Part shown: positions 21,103-31,127 of the stretch, piece after piece
Position numbering within the stretch: position 1 is the stretch's first letter
How the letters are laid out: every line of letters starts with the position of its first letter
Source: Candidatus Bathyarchaeota archaeon
GTDB lineage: Archaea > Thermoproteota > Bathyarchaeia > Bathyarchaeales > Bathycorpusculaceae
NCBI GenBank assembly: GCA_963826715.1
Contig: CAWGYA010000006.1
Span: forward strand, 64,001 to 128,000
Direction: 5' to 3'
Length of the DNA: 64,000 bases
The notes under the pieces: generated by a model
Told to the model about the DNA's origin: nothing
The model's input: the letters and a program-made list of their open reading frames with translations, nothing else
Database searches by the model: none
Position numbers and translations under genes: made by a program

Positions 21103-21191
21103 ACTTTTCCATAGATTTCTTGCACCTCGGCCGGTTTTACTTATTTCCGACCAAGATTCGCTTGGCGCTGTTATTGTCATGTCAAACACCT

Positions 21192-22070
21192 TTATTTGCG
21201 TTTTCTGAAAATTTTGCGGCCATCGTTGTACTCTCCTGTTATTTACTCAAAGCCAACGTCTATGAACTCGCATGCTTGTTGTGTATTGAGCGCTAAGCGT
21301 GTTATGTATTGGTCATTTGGTAAGTCTTTGAATAGGCTCTTTTCTAGCTGAACGTATAACCTGGTGTTTTCTATGCTTTTATGACTAGGAACTCTGCAAC
21401 GTATGAATATCGGGTTTATGATGGTATAGCATTGTTCCCTTCCAATAACGGAAAGTATGCATGTGTATAGCTTCTAATCGAGGGTTTCCAAGTTTGAAAG
21501 CTAAGCGTTTTCTAGTTCGACCAAGTTGGTTTTTTAATCCGTATTGGCTGACATTTCCTAATAGCATATTGTTTTCTTTTGGCAAGTTGCTAAGCATGTT
21601 TAGCAGTTTTCCAGACAGGTCGTTGAATATTCGGGGGGTGCTTCCTTTCTCGGGATAGTTGCACATAATAATACGTCTTTCTAAGTCAACGTCTTTCCAG
21701 GGAACAGCTATTGCCTCACCTCTACGCATCCCGTTTCCGTTAGTAATTGCAGAAAAGCCGCTAGTATGTTGGGTGATCCAGCGATTAAATCATCGATTTC
21801 TTGTTCCGTAGGTATGAAAGGCAGTTTTCTAACAATCGAATATCTAGGCGCATTCCAAGAAATACCTAAATATTTCAAGAATTGCGTATATGCGATTATT
21901 ACGTTTCTTTGCCGGTTACCGCTCCATTTCTGTTTTGCCATTACTTCTTTGACGCTTTCAGGGTTTGCTAAGTCTGCGCCTCTTTTCATTAATGTTCTTA
22001 ATGCGGATTTGCTTAGCGGATTGTTGAGGGGTTGTAGTTTTGCAGCTCCATTTTTCCGTGGTGTTTAGCG
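21192..22070 (-). pseudogene. Tyrosine integrase, disrupted
   Basis: Fragments KLPFIPTEQEID, TG.RRGEA, HTFRYWKGT, HKSIENTRLY and a KIFRKRK tail; at least 2 frameshifts plus an internal stop. Confidence 0.9.
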
Positions 22071-22764
22071 ATTTTTATTTCGATATTTTCCAAGTTACTC
22101 GTAACAGTCTTTGTTTCTGTTAACTTAGTAGGTTATTATTGGTTGACTATTCACTTTAGCATTTAAAAGGTTAAGCTAAAGTCTCAGAAGCCACCGTAAC
22201 AGACAATGAAACATAAGACATGGTTTTAATTAGGAAATAACTTGAAGAATAATATTTTAAATCAATTATTGGTTTAGGAGTCTCTTTCTTTTCATTTTTG
22301 CAATGAGCCCTAACAAAGTATGGGTAAAATTTTTGATTCTGTTTTCAGAAGATATTCAAATCTACTTTCCGATCTAACTTGCAAAACAACTCAGGAAACA
22401 TGGACACTGGAAAATAGAGTCTGTTTTTGGAATGCAAGTCGGGTAAGAGGCAACTCGATATAAATAATGGAATAGTTCTTAACCGTAAAGGAATATCTAT
22501 CTCTGCCTTTTCAGCTAGAAAAATAAATTTATAGGTAGCGACTTTGCCGTTGCTGGTTTCTAAAGTTTTAATACGGGTGTACCTGAATACGCAAATCGAT
22601 TAAATCAAAAATTTTTCAGATTGAGGAAAATTCTTAAGCTTAAATGTGTTGCTGCCAAAAAGATTAAGGTAATGATCGTGTTGCGTTTTTCTTTGGTTTT
22701 TCAGATAACCATGAAAGAAGGAAGATTAAAGAATCCACTCATTCTAACAAACAGGGTGTAGGCT

Positions 22765-23364
22765 GTGGATTCTATATTTGTTTTATATGAGCTTATTTGG
22801 TACACCGTATTTGTGTTTACCTTAATTTTCTCGCTGAAAAGACAAGGGTTCATGCACTCACTTATTTTCTTCTTACCCGGAATAGTTTGGGGGCTATTAC
22901 TTGAATATGCGACCCAAGAAGTCTTTCACAGATATTTTTACGGTGAAGGTTTTCTTGTATACATTGCAAATGTCCCTTTATGCGTATCGTTGGCTTGGGC
23001 AGCTTTAATGTATATCAGCTATTATTTTGTTACTCAGAAACTTCAGTTAAAAAATTCAATAGCTGTTGCGGTTGTTGCAAGTATTCCTCTGCTTTTGGTG
23101 GATGCTATTATTTTAGAGCCGACTGCTAAAATCTTTGGTTTTTGGGTGTGGACACCTCAAGGTTTATGGTTTGGCTCTTCTATAGGCAATTTTTACGGTT
23201 GGTTCTGGGTAATCGTGTTATATCTTTCTTTTTACCATTTTTTGCTTTGGAAAATAACCAATTTGAGAAGAGCACTATTGCTAAATCTTGGGCTTATCAC
23301 CCTAAGAGTTATCATTCTCGTTGCATTGCTCCAATTATATAGTGTCACATTTGGAAATCTTTAA
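22765..23364 (+). CDS. CruF/DUF422-like membrane protein
   Basis: LLEY, VPL...AW, DAIILEP, WVW, NFYGW. Confidence 0.7.
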   Translation: MDSIFVLYELIWYTVFVFTLIFSLKRQGFMHSLIFFLPGIVWGLLLEYATQEVFHRYFYGEGFLVYIANVPLCVSLAWAALMYISYYFVTQKLQLKNSIAVAVVASIPLLLVDAIILEPTAKIFGFWVWTPQGLWFGSSIGNFYGWFWVIVLYLSFYHFLLWKITNLRRALLLNLGLITLRVIILVALLQLYSVTFGNL

Positions 23365-23523
23365 CATATTGGCGTTAAATTAAGTAAAACTATTTCTCTT
23401 TATCTTCAGCCGTTACATTTTAATTGTTGCCGTCTATCGATCGTCCATTTTGTCTTCAACCAACTATCGCTAATAACTGTTTACTTCAAATTGACTACTG
23501 TAGGATGCGTAAGAATAAAAATA

Positions 23524-23829
23524 AAATATTATCGAGTCAGCTGATGAGTCGTTGTACCCCGATTATCAAGGCATCAGTTTAGGCAAACGATTTCTAAACT
23601 TCATCGCTGAACTCTACACTTCACAAACGAAAATGCCTTTCTATATCCTAAAAAGTACCCTCAAATCATTAGAGGAACCATGAAGAATTGGCGAATAGTA
23701 CGTTTTGGGCATGTAAGCAAAGGTAATGGAGCTACACTAATTAACAATGAGATAAGAAGTAGCCTAAGCCGAAATCGTATAACAGTTTCTCTTCAATATG
23801 CTAATTCGAAGTCTTCTCTCAAATCTTGA
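23524..23829 (+). pseudogene. GNAT acetyltransferase C-terminal remnant
   Basis: YYRVS...PDYQGISLGKRFLNFIAELY...WRIVRFG...RITVSLQY across frameshifts. Confidence 0.65.
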
Positions 23830-23830
23830 C

Positions 23831-24501
23831 TTAGATCAACGAGTTAGTGTTAACAATAGTATTCGTGCTAGTAGTGATGTTGGAAACATAGGAACCTTTG
23901 TTTACAATCTCCATATGTTTTTGAACTAATTCGAGCCTTGACATTCCCTCATTCAATCCACAATTACTGCAAAACTTAATTTTCTCTTCTTCTGTTGGTG
24001 AAATAGCACAAAATCCGCCACCTACAGGAGAAGCTGTACAGAAACCACCCCTATTCATGTGGAATAGTGTTGAAACAGTTCAGTGACCTTGAAATCTTTG
24101 CTCACAAAGAAATTAGCGCCGCCAGTTTCATAGTCATAAACACTAACTACATAGGGGTCATCAATCGAAAAATGTGTGAAATATTGAAAGCCTCTAAAAT
24201 CCCTACTTGGAAACGTCACCGTCATTGAACCAAAACCCTTATCGTCAAGTGCTACTGAACCCAAACATGCACCGCCGCCTTCCTCTCCACACTTAACCTT
24301 AATATTGACGGCTTGGGTAAGATATGCGTCTGTTCTGAAATTGATAAATTTGACTGTGATTTCTACGGATTGAGGAAGGTTTGTTTTATCGATTATTATT
24401 TTGACCTGAGGTTTTGGTGAAGCTAATGCAGGAGTTATGAAAAGAGAAAATGTTATTGCAGCTATTATTAAAAATATAGATAAATGTTTTAATCCATGCA
24501 A
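23831..24501 (-). CDS. Secreted hypothetical protein, possibly split in two ORFs (24055-24501 and 23831-24058)
   Basis: Signal peptide in the first ORF; overlapping Cys-rich second ORF. Confidence 0.5.
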
Positions 24502-24731
24502 AACTTCAAACCTCGCTATAGTTTACAAGCAATTTATCTGTAATCTGGTAGTTAACCTTTACGTGTTGTTTGAATTTAGTGTGACGGCGGTTATGTGATT
24601 AGTCGCATTGATATCGGGTTGGCTCAAACAAGTAATTGCCGTACAGCCTCGGTTTCCGATGACAATTTCAACAGCTTCGTAGAGCTACAAGAATAGCCGT
24701 ATTTTTCTATTTTTCGTTTGAGGTATATCAA

Positions 24732-24950
24732 GTGAGTTATGGAACTAAAGGTGGTCACGGTTACGGAAACACCCTTTTGCGAAAAGCTAGAAGAGTTCAA
24801 TCTCGACGCAGTCTTCACGCTAAAGCTATTGATGATCGTTTGAAAACGCCTAAAGCTGTTGTCTGGATAGATGCAAACCCATCTTCGCTTAGTTTTGTGT
24901 ATGGTGTATGTGCCGTGACCGCTTATAGGTCTATTGATTTAGAAGTGTGA
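24732..24950 (+). CDS. Small basic hypothetical protein or remnant
   Basis: GAGGT RBS; MSYGTKGGHGYGNTLLRKARR. Confidence 0.4.
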   Translation: MSYGTKGGHGYGNTLLRKARRVQSRRSLHAKAIDDRLKTPKAVVWIDANPSSLSFVYGVCAVTAYRSIDLEV

Positions 24951-25060
24951 GATACATAATCATGACTCTGCAAGGCCGTAAAAGCGTGAATAATGCAACT
25001 AAAAAATAAAAAAAGTGGATAACTTATTGTTTGAGTTGGTGGCTTGACTGAGTTGAGCAG

Positions 25061-25477
25061 CTATGGCATTACTGGACACAAGACATCAGCGTTTGGCATT
25101 CTAGCAATACTCACGTCGCTACTACCCGCTGCAGTCATTAGTTCGCCATAGGATTCAATTAAGTAAGGCGCTACATTCCAAGTGACAAAATAGACCATCC
25201 AGTGCCCGCCATTATATTGAGGGTCTCCAGGAGCAAATTGAATAACGCTACTTTGTTCTTCGTTTGGAAAAGCATAGAGAGGGTCAGTTCCTGGATTATT
25301 CAGTGGATGCCCATTAGGAACAAAAGTCCTTACCTGATACCCTTCATACCAAAGTGCGCCAAATTCGCGACCACCAGCATTGGAATGCGCAGGAGAAGCT
25401 GCCATAACCGCAGAAGCTTGAATTGCAACAATAGAAGCTAAGAGAACTGCTATTAAAACAAAAGATAATTTCTTCAT
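25061..25477 (-). CDS. Secreted hypothetical protein
   Basis: Signal peptide; APGDPQYNGGHW and LCPV. Confidence 0.8.
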   Translation of the reverse strand: MKKLSFVLIAVLLASIVAIQASAVMAASPAHSNAGGREFGALWYEGYQVRTFVPNGHPLNNPGTDPLYAFPNEEQSSVIQFAPGDPQYNGGHWMVYFVTWNVAPYLIESYGELMTAAGSSDVSIARMPNADVLCPVMP

Positions 25478-25572
25478 TGTTTATTACCTATAAAAGGTAG
25501 CGATAAAAATACATTTAAAAGCAGACGGACAGAACTTGAAACAAACTAGTACAAATCTCGAATTAAGATAGG

Positions 25573-26157
25573 TTACTCTTTACTGTTTGTTTTGGAAGTA
25601 TCTTTAATTTTTGGTTGTTTTTCGGGTAAGATTTTGAAGTCTGTTTCCATAAATGAACGCAAGACTTTGCTGATGAGCTTGTCGGTGAAGCTTGACTCAG
25701 CCATAAGAAGGGCTTTTCTGACGTTTTTGTTTTGAATTGAATAGATGCTTTCGTAGCCTATCTGTTTTTTATTTAAGACGTAATTATCCGTCAAATATTT
25801 GAGATAATATGAGAGTGTAGAAGAGGGAAGATGAAAATAATCCTTTAAATCTTGAAATTTTACTATTTTTTTCTCAAGAACGATTAACACGATTTCTCGC
25901 ATCTTTTCATGTCTTAATGCTGAAATTAGGATATGTTCCTCTTCTGTAGGGTGCTGAGAAAAATATCGTGTGAACCCGCCCTCTCTTTCTCGATATATAA
26001 CGTTATGTCTAACCATATAGTCAACATGATATTCTAGTGACGAAAGGGGAATTTTTGATCTTCTTTGAAGTTCTCTGAGATGGAGTCCTGGGTTACTTTT
26101 GATAAGATCAAAAACTCTTTTTCTTATTGAATTCGCAAGCACAATTTCTTTAAACAT
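25573..26157 (-). CDS. Tandem winged-helix transcriptional regulator
   Basis: NPGLHLRELQR..LEYHV; second HTH STLSYYLK. Confidence 0.85.
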   Translation of the reverse strand: MFKEIVLANSIRKRVFDLIKSNPGLHLRELQRRSKIPLSSLEYHVDYMVRHNVIYREREGGFTRYFSQHPTEEEHILISALRHEKMREIVLIVLEKKIVKFQDLKDYFHLPSSTLSYYLKYLTDNYVLNKKQIGYESIYSIQNKNVRKALLMAESSFTDKLISKVLRSFMETDFKILPEKQPKIKDTSKTNSKE

Positions 26158-26162
26158 ATATT

Positions 26163-26438
26163 CTAATCCTTTAGCACACCGACAACTATGAAAATTAAAC
26201 CTATTAGTTGAAAGAGAAGAAACACGTTTTCGGGCATCATAAAGCTGTATTGTTGACTTAGAATTTTTGGCAGGTGTAAAATTGCCCCAATAAAGAAAGT
26301 TCCGAAGCCCAATGTTATGAATAGCATTCGAGTTGTTCTTATTCTGCAATATGCCAACAGAACAATTACAAACAAAAGTGTTGTTGTGGCTATCAATCCA
26401 ATTCCAATAGCCATTTCAACCATTATTTCAAAGCTCAT
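26163..26438 (-). CDS. Small 3-TM protein preceding the HTH gene
   Basis: LAY.R.RT.RML...GF; 5 bp upstream of the HTH start. Confidence 0.75.
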   Translation of the reverse strand: MSFEIMVEMAIGIGLIATTTLLFVIVLLAYCRIRTTRMLFITLGFGTFFIGAILHLPKILSQQYSFMMPENVFLLFQLIGLIFIVVGVLKD

Positions 26439-26756
26439 TTACTTCCCTATAGTATTTTTTCAAGCGTCATTAAAATCTGTTGAGTAATCTGGGCCTCTCA
26501 TCCCTAATTTTAAACTCTTCAGCCCTCGTGAATACTATTACAACTTTACATCCACCCTGAGCCACATATAATTTAGAGTTTAGAAAACACTGAAAATTTT
26601 TTATCAATCCTCAAAAAAGAAAAAAGGGATTGCATGTTTCTTAAATACAAAAACTGTTGGTGATGTCACCAATTGAGGGTATGCCGTGCTAGGCTACGAT
26701 CCCTTTTCAATCACTTTACAATGGGTTACGTACCTATCTATGAAGTCTCGGGGGTA

Positions 26757-26855
26757 ACTCCGAGTTTTTTGCGTGGCCTAAAACCTGAAACCTCAACATC
26801 GGAACTAACCAATTTTAGAAGCCTCCAAAAAAAAGAAAAGGGAAAAGGTTACGAG
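26757..26855 (+). repeat. Subterminal sequence shared with 48837-48930
   Basis: ACTCCG(A/C)GTTTTTTGCG(T/G)GGC(C/T)TAAAACCTGAAAC...CTAACCAA in both copies. Confidence 0.85.
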
Positions 26856-27288
26856 ATACTTGGAAAAAAGCCTAAAATCGCCCGAGATACATCACCCCGG
26901 CCACTTTTTGATGTTTTCGTCTACTTTGCCTGCGCCTAAAGCTTGGTTATTACCTATTTTCGCTTCTTCATAAATATTAAGTTGTCCTTTTGACAAACGT
27001 TTTCGAATCCAAATTCTCATAGGGCTTTTATTTACACGAGACTTTCAACAACTTTTAATTTTACTCGTCTGTAGTTGTTTCAAATTTTGTATTGAATATA
27101 GATTTCATTACAGGAACATGCATTGTGTTTGTAGTTGCCTTGATATGTGAAGGTGAAAAAATAGACAAAATTAGCAAAAGTCATGTAAGTATATTTAATC
27201 TGCAAACGAGGAAAATAGACATAGATTTTTAAATTAAGGCTATATTTTTATTGGGTCAATTATAGTATTAACCCATGATTGGTGTAGC

Positions 27289-28395
27289 ATGTCGGTAGCA
27301 ATTGTAGATGGAGTTTCTAGTCTGTTAACTGGTTTAGTTTCTGGAACAGTCGCTTTTTTCCTAGTTATGCTACTATCGATAGTATATAGGTATTTTACAA
27401 ACGAAAAATTGTCCTCTTTCATTGGCATCGTATTTGGATTAGGATTTCTAGGATTTTCAGGAGGACTACTAGCAATCTTAGAACAGCCTTCCTTGGGCGG
27501 TGTCATTCAAATTGTCGCGGTAGCCATATTCATAGTTTGGGGACTAAATACTGGCGATAAAATAGCTGAAAAGATTCCCAGAAAAAGCCCTACCTCAATT
27601 TTAAATGGTATTCGAGGAGGAAAAACGACATATAAAACAATCAAAATGCCAATTTCAAGGCTAATACACGACATGGTGGGAAAACCCCGAGTCCCTGAAT
27701 CGTTAAAATCTGAACTATCGGAGCGAGAATTCACTCTTCCAGCTGACATTCCCGTTGAAGAAATTATAAATCGAGTAAAGAGGCGATTGATTACAGATTG
27801 GGGAATTGGTGAAGTTGAACTTGAATTGGATCAAGAAAGTAAAGTCATCCACCTAGCAATAGCGGCTAAGGAACGAGGCTTGAGCGTCACAATACCAAAA
27901 GGCAGTGTGGCCATACCCATTGAATGCCAAGTAATCCCATCTAACCTCGTTTCCGGTGATTTAGTGAGGATTTACTTTGAAAACGACAAAGTCATAGAAA
28001 AAATCGAGGTAAAAGGTATAGATGAAGAGCACAGAGTAATAACAATTATCGCAGATTTGAATGCATTGGATTCAATACGTGGGAAAAAATCAGCTTTGGT
28101 AGTTGCTCTCCCTTCTGATTTGCCAAGCCATCAGATAATCAGTGTAGAACAAAAATCAGGGGAAATTGAAGATTTTAAATTTCAAAGAATTGTAAGTTAC
28201 TTAAGAAGAGTGGAGGTAACTAATGAAACTGCAAAAAGGATCGTAATGAGTGTTCAGGCGAAACTAAGCAAAATGGACCCTCCAATTTCCACGCGGATAA
28301 TCAAAGCAGCAGTAGTTGAAGAATTGGAAAAAGAAGATCCAGAAGCAACAAAGAAATTAAGGAAACGAAAATTGCCGGATCTAAAGGGGCACTAA
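27289..28395 (+). CDS. Membrane protein with C-terminal ATP-cone-like domain
   Basis: 3 TM, LPAD.P.EE...RL..DWGIG.V; C-terminus VEQKSGEIEDF..RI...ISTRII..VVEEL. Confidence 0.7.
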   Translation: MSVAIVDGVSSLLTGLVSGTVAFFLVMLLSIVYRYFTNEKLSSFIGIVFGLGFLGFSGGLLAILEQPSLGGVIQIVAVAIFIVWGLNTGDKIAEKIPRKSPTSILNGIRGGKTTYKTIKMPISRLIHDMVGKPRVPESLKSELSEREFTLPADIPVEEIINRVKRRLITDWGIGEVELELDQESKVIHLAIAAKERGLSVTIPKGSVAIPIECQVIPSNLVSGDLVRIYFENDKVIEKIEVKGIDEEHRVITIIADLNALDSIRGKKSALVVALPSDLPSHQIISVEQKSGEIEDFKFQRIVSYLRRVEVTNETAKRIVMSVQAKLSKMDPPISTRIIKAAVVEELEKEDPEATKKLRKRKLPDLKGH

Positions 28396-28690
28396 ATTGG
28401 TTGGGTGGATCAATTTAAGTCTCTTTCAAAAATTATTGATTATTCTAACCCTCATTACAAAAATCAGAATCTGTAAAGAAATAAAACATAACGAAAAAAA
28501 TAATTGGCAAATTACTTTGACCAATTATGATATTGGCAATTACTGACAGAGCAATAAAAAAAGAAAAAAGTAGCAATACAAGCTTTTTGCGTTGATGATG
28601 AAATGAGAATAAACACCCAACAATATACAGTGTCTGAATTTCATGAAGACAGCAAAAAATATATTCTTAAATGAATTAAGTTAAAGGTAG

Positions 28691-29254
28691 GTGCTCATTT
28701 TTATGGAGAAAAATAAAACAGAAAATAAGGAAACATCTAAATCCAGTAAAAAATCTGTTTCTAAAAATAAACTTGCTACAAAAAAACCAAAGAAAACCAC
28801 ACCGATTAAGCAAGCAAACCAACAAGAAGCCCTAAAAGTCTTCGATAACGCTTTTGAAAGATTCCGCGATGATTTTGAAAACCTGCTTTTCCCAAGCGAC
28901 ATAGACGAAATGCTTGAAGAAGTTCCCGAAGTCCGCGTTCCCATGGTTGACCTTGAAGATAGAGAAAAAGACTATCTGCTGAAAGCAGAGATGCCGGGTT
29001 TCAAAAAAGAAGAAATCGAAATCGTTGTTCAAGATGACGCAGTTGAAATTACAGGAACCGCGGGATGGAAGTATAGTGAAAAGGACGAAGACTACGTATG
29101 CAAAGAGCGAGCTTGTAAATCCTTCTATCGCTACATCGATCTACCTCAAGATATAAAAATTGATGAGGTTGATGGAAAAATAAGCGACGGAATACTGGAA
29201 TTGATGCTCCCTAAGAAACAACCTAAACGAACACGGAAAATCTCCGTGAAATAA
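28691..29254 (+). CDS. Hsp20 small heat-shock protein
   Basis: VDL, AEMPG, ER..KSFYR, DGILEL.LPK; Lys-rich N-terminus. Confidence 0.92.
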   Translation: MLIFMEKNKTENKETSKSSKKSVSKNKLATKKPKKTTPIKQANQQEALKVFDNAFERFRDDFENLLFPSDIDEMLEEVPEVRVPMVDLEDREKDYLLKAEMPGFKKEEIEIVVQDDAVEITGTAGWKYSEKDEDYVCKERACKSFYRYIDLPQDIKIDEVDGKISDGILELMLPKKQPKRTRKISVK

Positions 29255-29346
29255 TCCCTTTTCCTTTACTTTTTTTAATATAAATGGCAGAGGATTTGCT
29301 AAAGGCTTTTAGGAGTAAAAGCTTGTAATAGCTGCTTGGTGTACTG

Positions 29347-30261
29347 TTGGATAAAACCGACTTAATAATATGTCAGCTTCTCCTTACCAATTCGCGAATC
29401 TCCTATAGAGAACTTGCGGAGAAACTGGATTTATCCGTAACCGCAGTGCATAACCGCATCCAAACACTTTTGGATATGGGGATTATTCGCAAATTTACAG
29501 CGAGCTTGAGTATTCTAGCCCAGAACGCAATTCACATCCTAATCTTCGGCAACAGCAAAGTCATCTCCATCAACAATCTAAAACCCAAACTGGAAAAGCA
29601 TGGGTCAATCTATTGGCTGGCGGTTGCAGGCGGAAACAGTCTATACATAGGCGCATACATTAGAAACATCGCTGAACTCGACGAGTTGGTGAAGTTTGTC
29701 AGAGAAACCGCGGAGATGCCTGAACCAACGGTTGGGATAACAGGTTCACCAATTCCAGCGGTCTTGAAAAACATCCACCTCAAAACCGATCTCTGTGAGC
29801 TTGATTACAAAATAATTCGCTCGCTCAAAGATGATTCCCGAAAACCCATCTCGGATATCTGCAATGAAATTGGAGGCTCAGCAAAGACAGTTCGCCGTAG
29901 ACTCGACTATATGCGCAAGAACTTTCTTATTCAACTTTCCATCGAATGGTACCCTGACGAGTCAAATGACATCATCAGCATTTTCCATATCCATTTTAAA
30001 AATGAATCTAACCCAAACTCGGCCGATATAATCTTGCAAAAGTATTATCCCAGAACCCTCTTTTACTGGAGCTTTAGCAATATACCTGGAAGCTACGTTT
30101 TTTTGATTTGGACACCAACCAGCAAAGAGCTGAGAGAAATCCGGGAAAGCCTTGAACAAGAGCCCTCAATCCAATCGGTTGTCCCAAACGTGATTTATAC
30201 AGGCTATATTCTCACGAGTTGGCGAGATGAAATCCCTAAACCAGCAAGTCTAGTTTCTTAA
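29347..30261 (+). CDS. Double-domain Lrp/AsnC regulator
   Basis: Two D..D..I..L..(N/D)SR HTH units. Confidence 0.9.
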   Translation: MDKTDLIICQLLLTNSRISYRELAEKLDLSVTAVHNRIQTLLDMGIIRKFTASLSILAQNAIHILIFGNSKVISINNLKPKLEKHGSIYWLAVAGGNSLYIGAYIRNIAELDELVKFVRETAEMPEPTVGITGSPIPAVLKNIHLKTDLCELDYKIIRSLKDDSRKPISDICNEIGGSAKTVRRRLDYMRKNFLIQLSIEWYPDESNDIISIFHIHFKNESNPNSADIILQKYYPRTLFYWSFSNIPGSYVFLIWTPTSKELREIRESLEQEPSIQSVVPNVIYTGYILTSWRDEIPKPASLVS

Positions 30262-30365
30262 CCCCTTAATTAAGAAAAAGAACTTTTCTATGGTTTTGAG
30301 GACCGCTTTTTCAATTCGGTAGTAAACATGAATCTAAATGCTTAAACACAAACTCAAGTTAATCG

Positions 30366-31127
30366 ATGGAGGATACAAAATTGAGCCAATATGCGATATT
30401 AATTGAGAATTTAACTAAGAAATTTGAGGACAAAGTAGCCCTCGAAAACTTAACCCTAAAAATTGCTAAAGGTGAACTCTTCGGGCTTCTCGGTCCCAAC
30501 GGCGCAGGCAAAACAACCGCTATTAGCATCGCCTGTGGACTTCTGACACCCACAAGTGGCACCGTCAATATTCTAGGCTACGACAACCAAAAAGAAACCC
30601 AGAAAGTTAAAGAACAAATCGGTGTATGCATCCAAGAAACAGCCATTTATCCTTACTTGACTGGCAAAGAGAACCTGGAACTCTTTGGCAAACTCTACGG
30701 GATGAATAAAAAAGCAATCAAAGAAAGAAGCACTATGCTTTTGGATAAGATGGGACTTAGTGACGACGCAAAACGGGTAACTGCGAAATACAGCGGGGGT
30801 ATGAAGCGACGATTAAGCCTTGCATTAGCACTTATTCATGATCCCCAAATCGCGTTTCTTGACGAACCTACAGTTGCCATGGATCCCCAATCGCGCCATG
30901 CCGTCTGGGATTTCGTAAAAACTCAAAAAGCCCAAGGCAAAACGATAATCCTTACAACCCATTACATGGAAGAAGCTGAAGAACTCTGTGATAGAGTCGG
31001 CATAATAGACCACGGTAAACTTATCGCACTTGGCACTACAAAAGAGCTCATTGCCAAAAACAATGTCAATAATCTAGAAGAAGTCTTCATCGAGATCACT
31101 GGCAGAAATATGAGGGAGGAAATTTAA
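30366..31127 (+). CDS. ABC exporter ATPase (DrrA-like)
   Basis: GPNGAGKTT, YSGGM, LDEPT. Confidence 0.95.
   Translation: MEDTKLSQYAILIENLTKKFEDKVALENLTLKIAKGELFGLLGPNGAGKTTAISIACGLLTPTSGTVNILGYDNQKETQKVKEQIGVCIQETAIYPYLTGKENLELFGKLYGMNKKAIKERSTMLLDKMGLSDDAKRVTAKYSGGMKRRLSLALALIHDPQIAFLDEPTVAMDPQSRHAVWDFVKTQKAQGKTIILTTHYMEEAEELCDRVGIIDHGKLIALGTTKELIAKNNVNNLEEVFIEITGRNMREEI

Larger units (their letters stand above)
21088..26908. mobile_element. Decayed integrative element at the tRNA-His 5' end
   Basis: 21-bp direct repeat TACATCACCCCGGCCACTTTT at 21088-21108 and 26888-26908; integrase pseudogene adjacent to the left copy. Confidence 0.88.

Noticed and set aside
20947-21208. ORFs on both strands
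   Set aside because: Overlap tRNA-His
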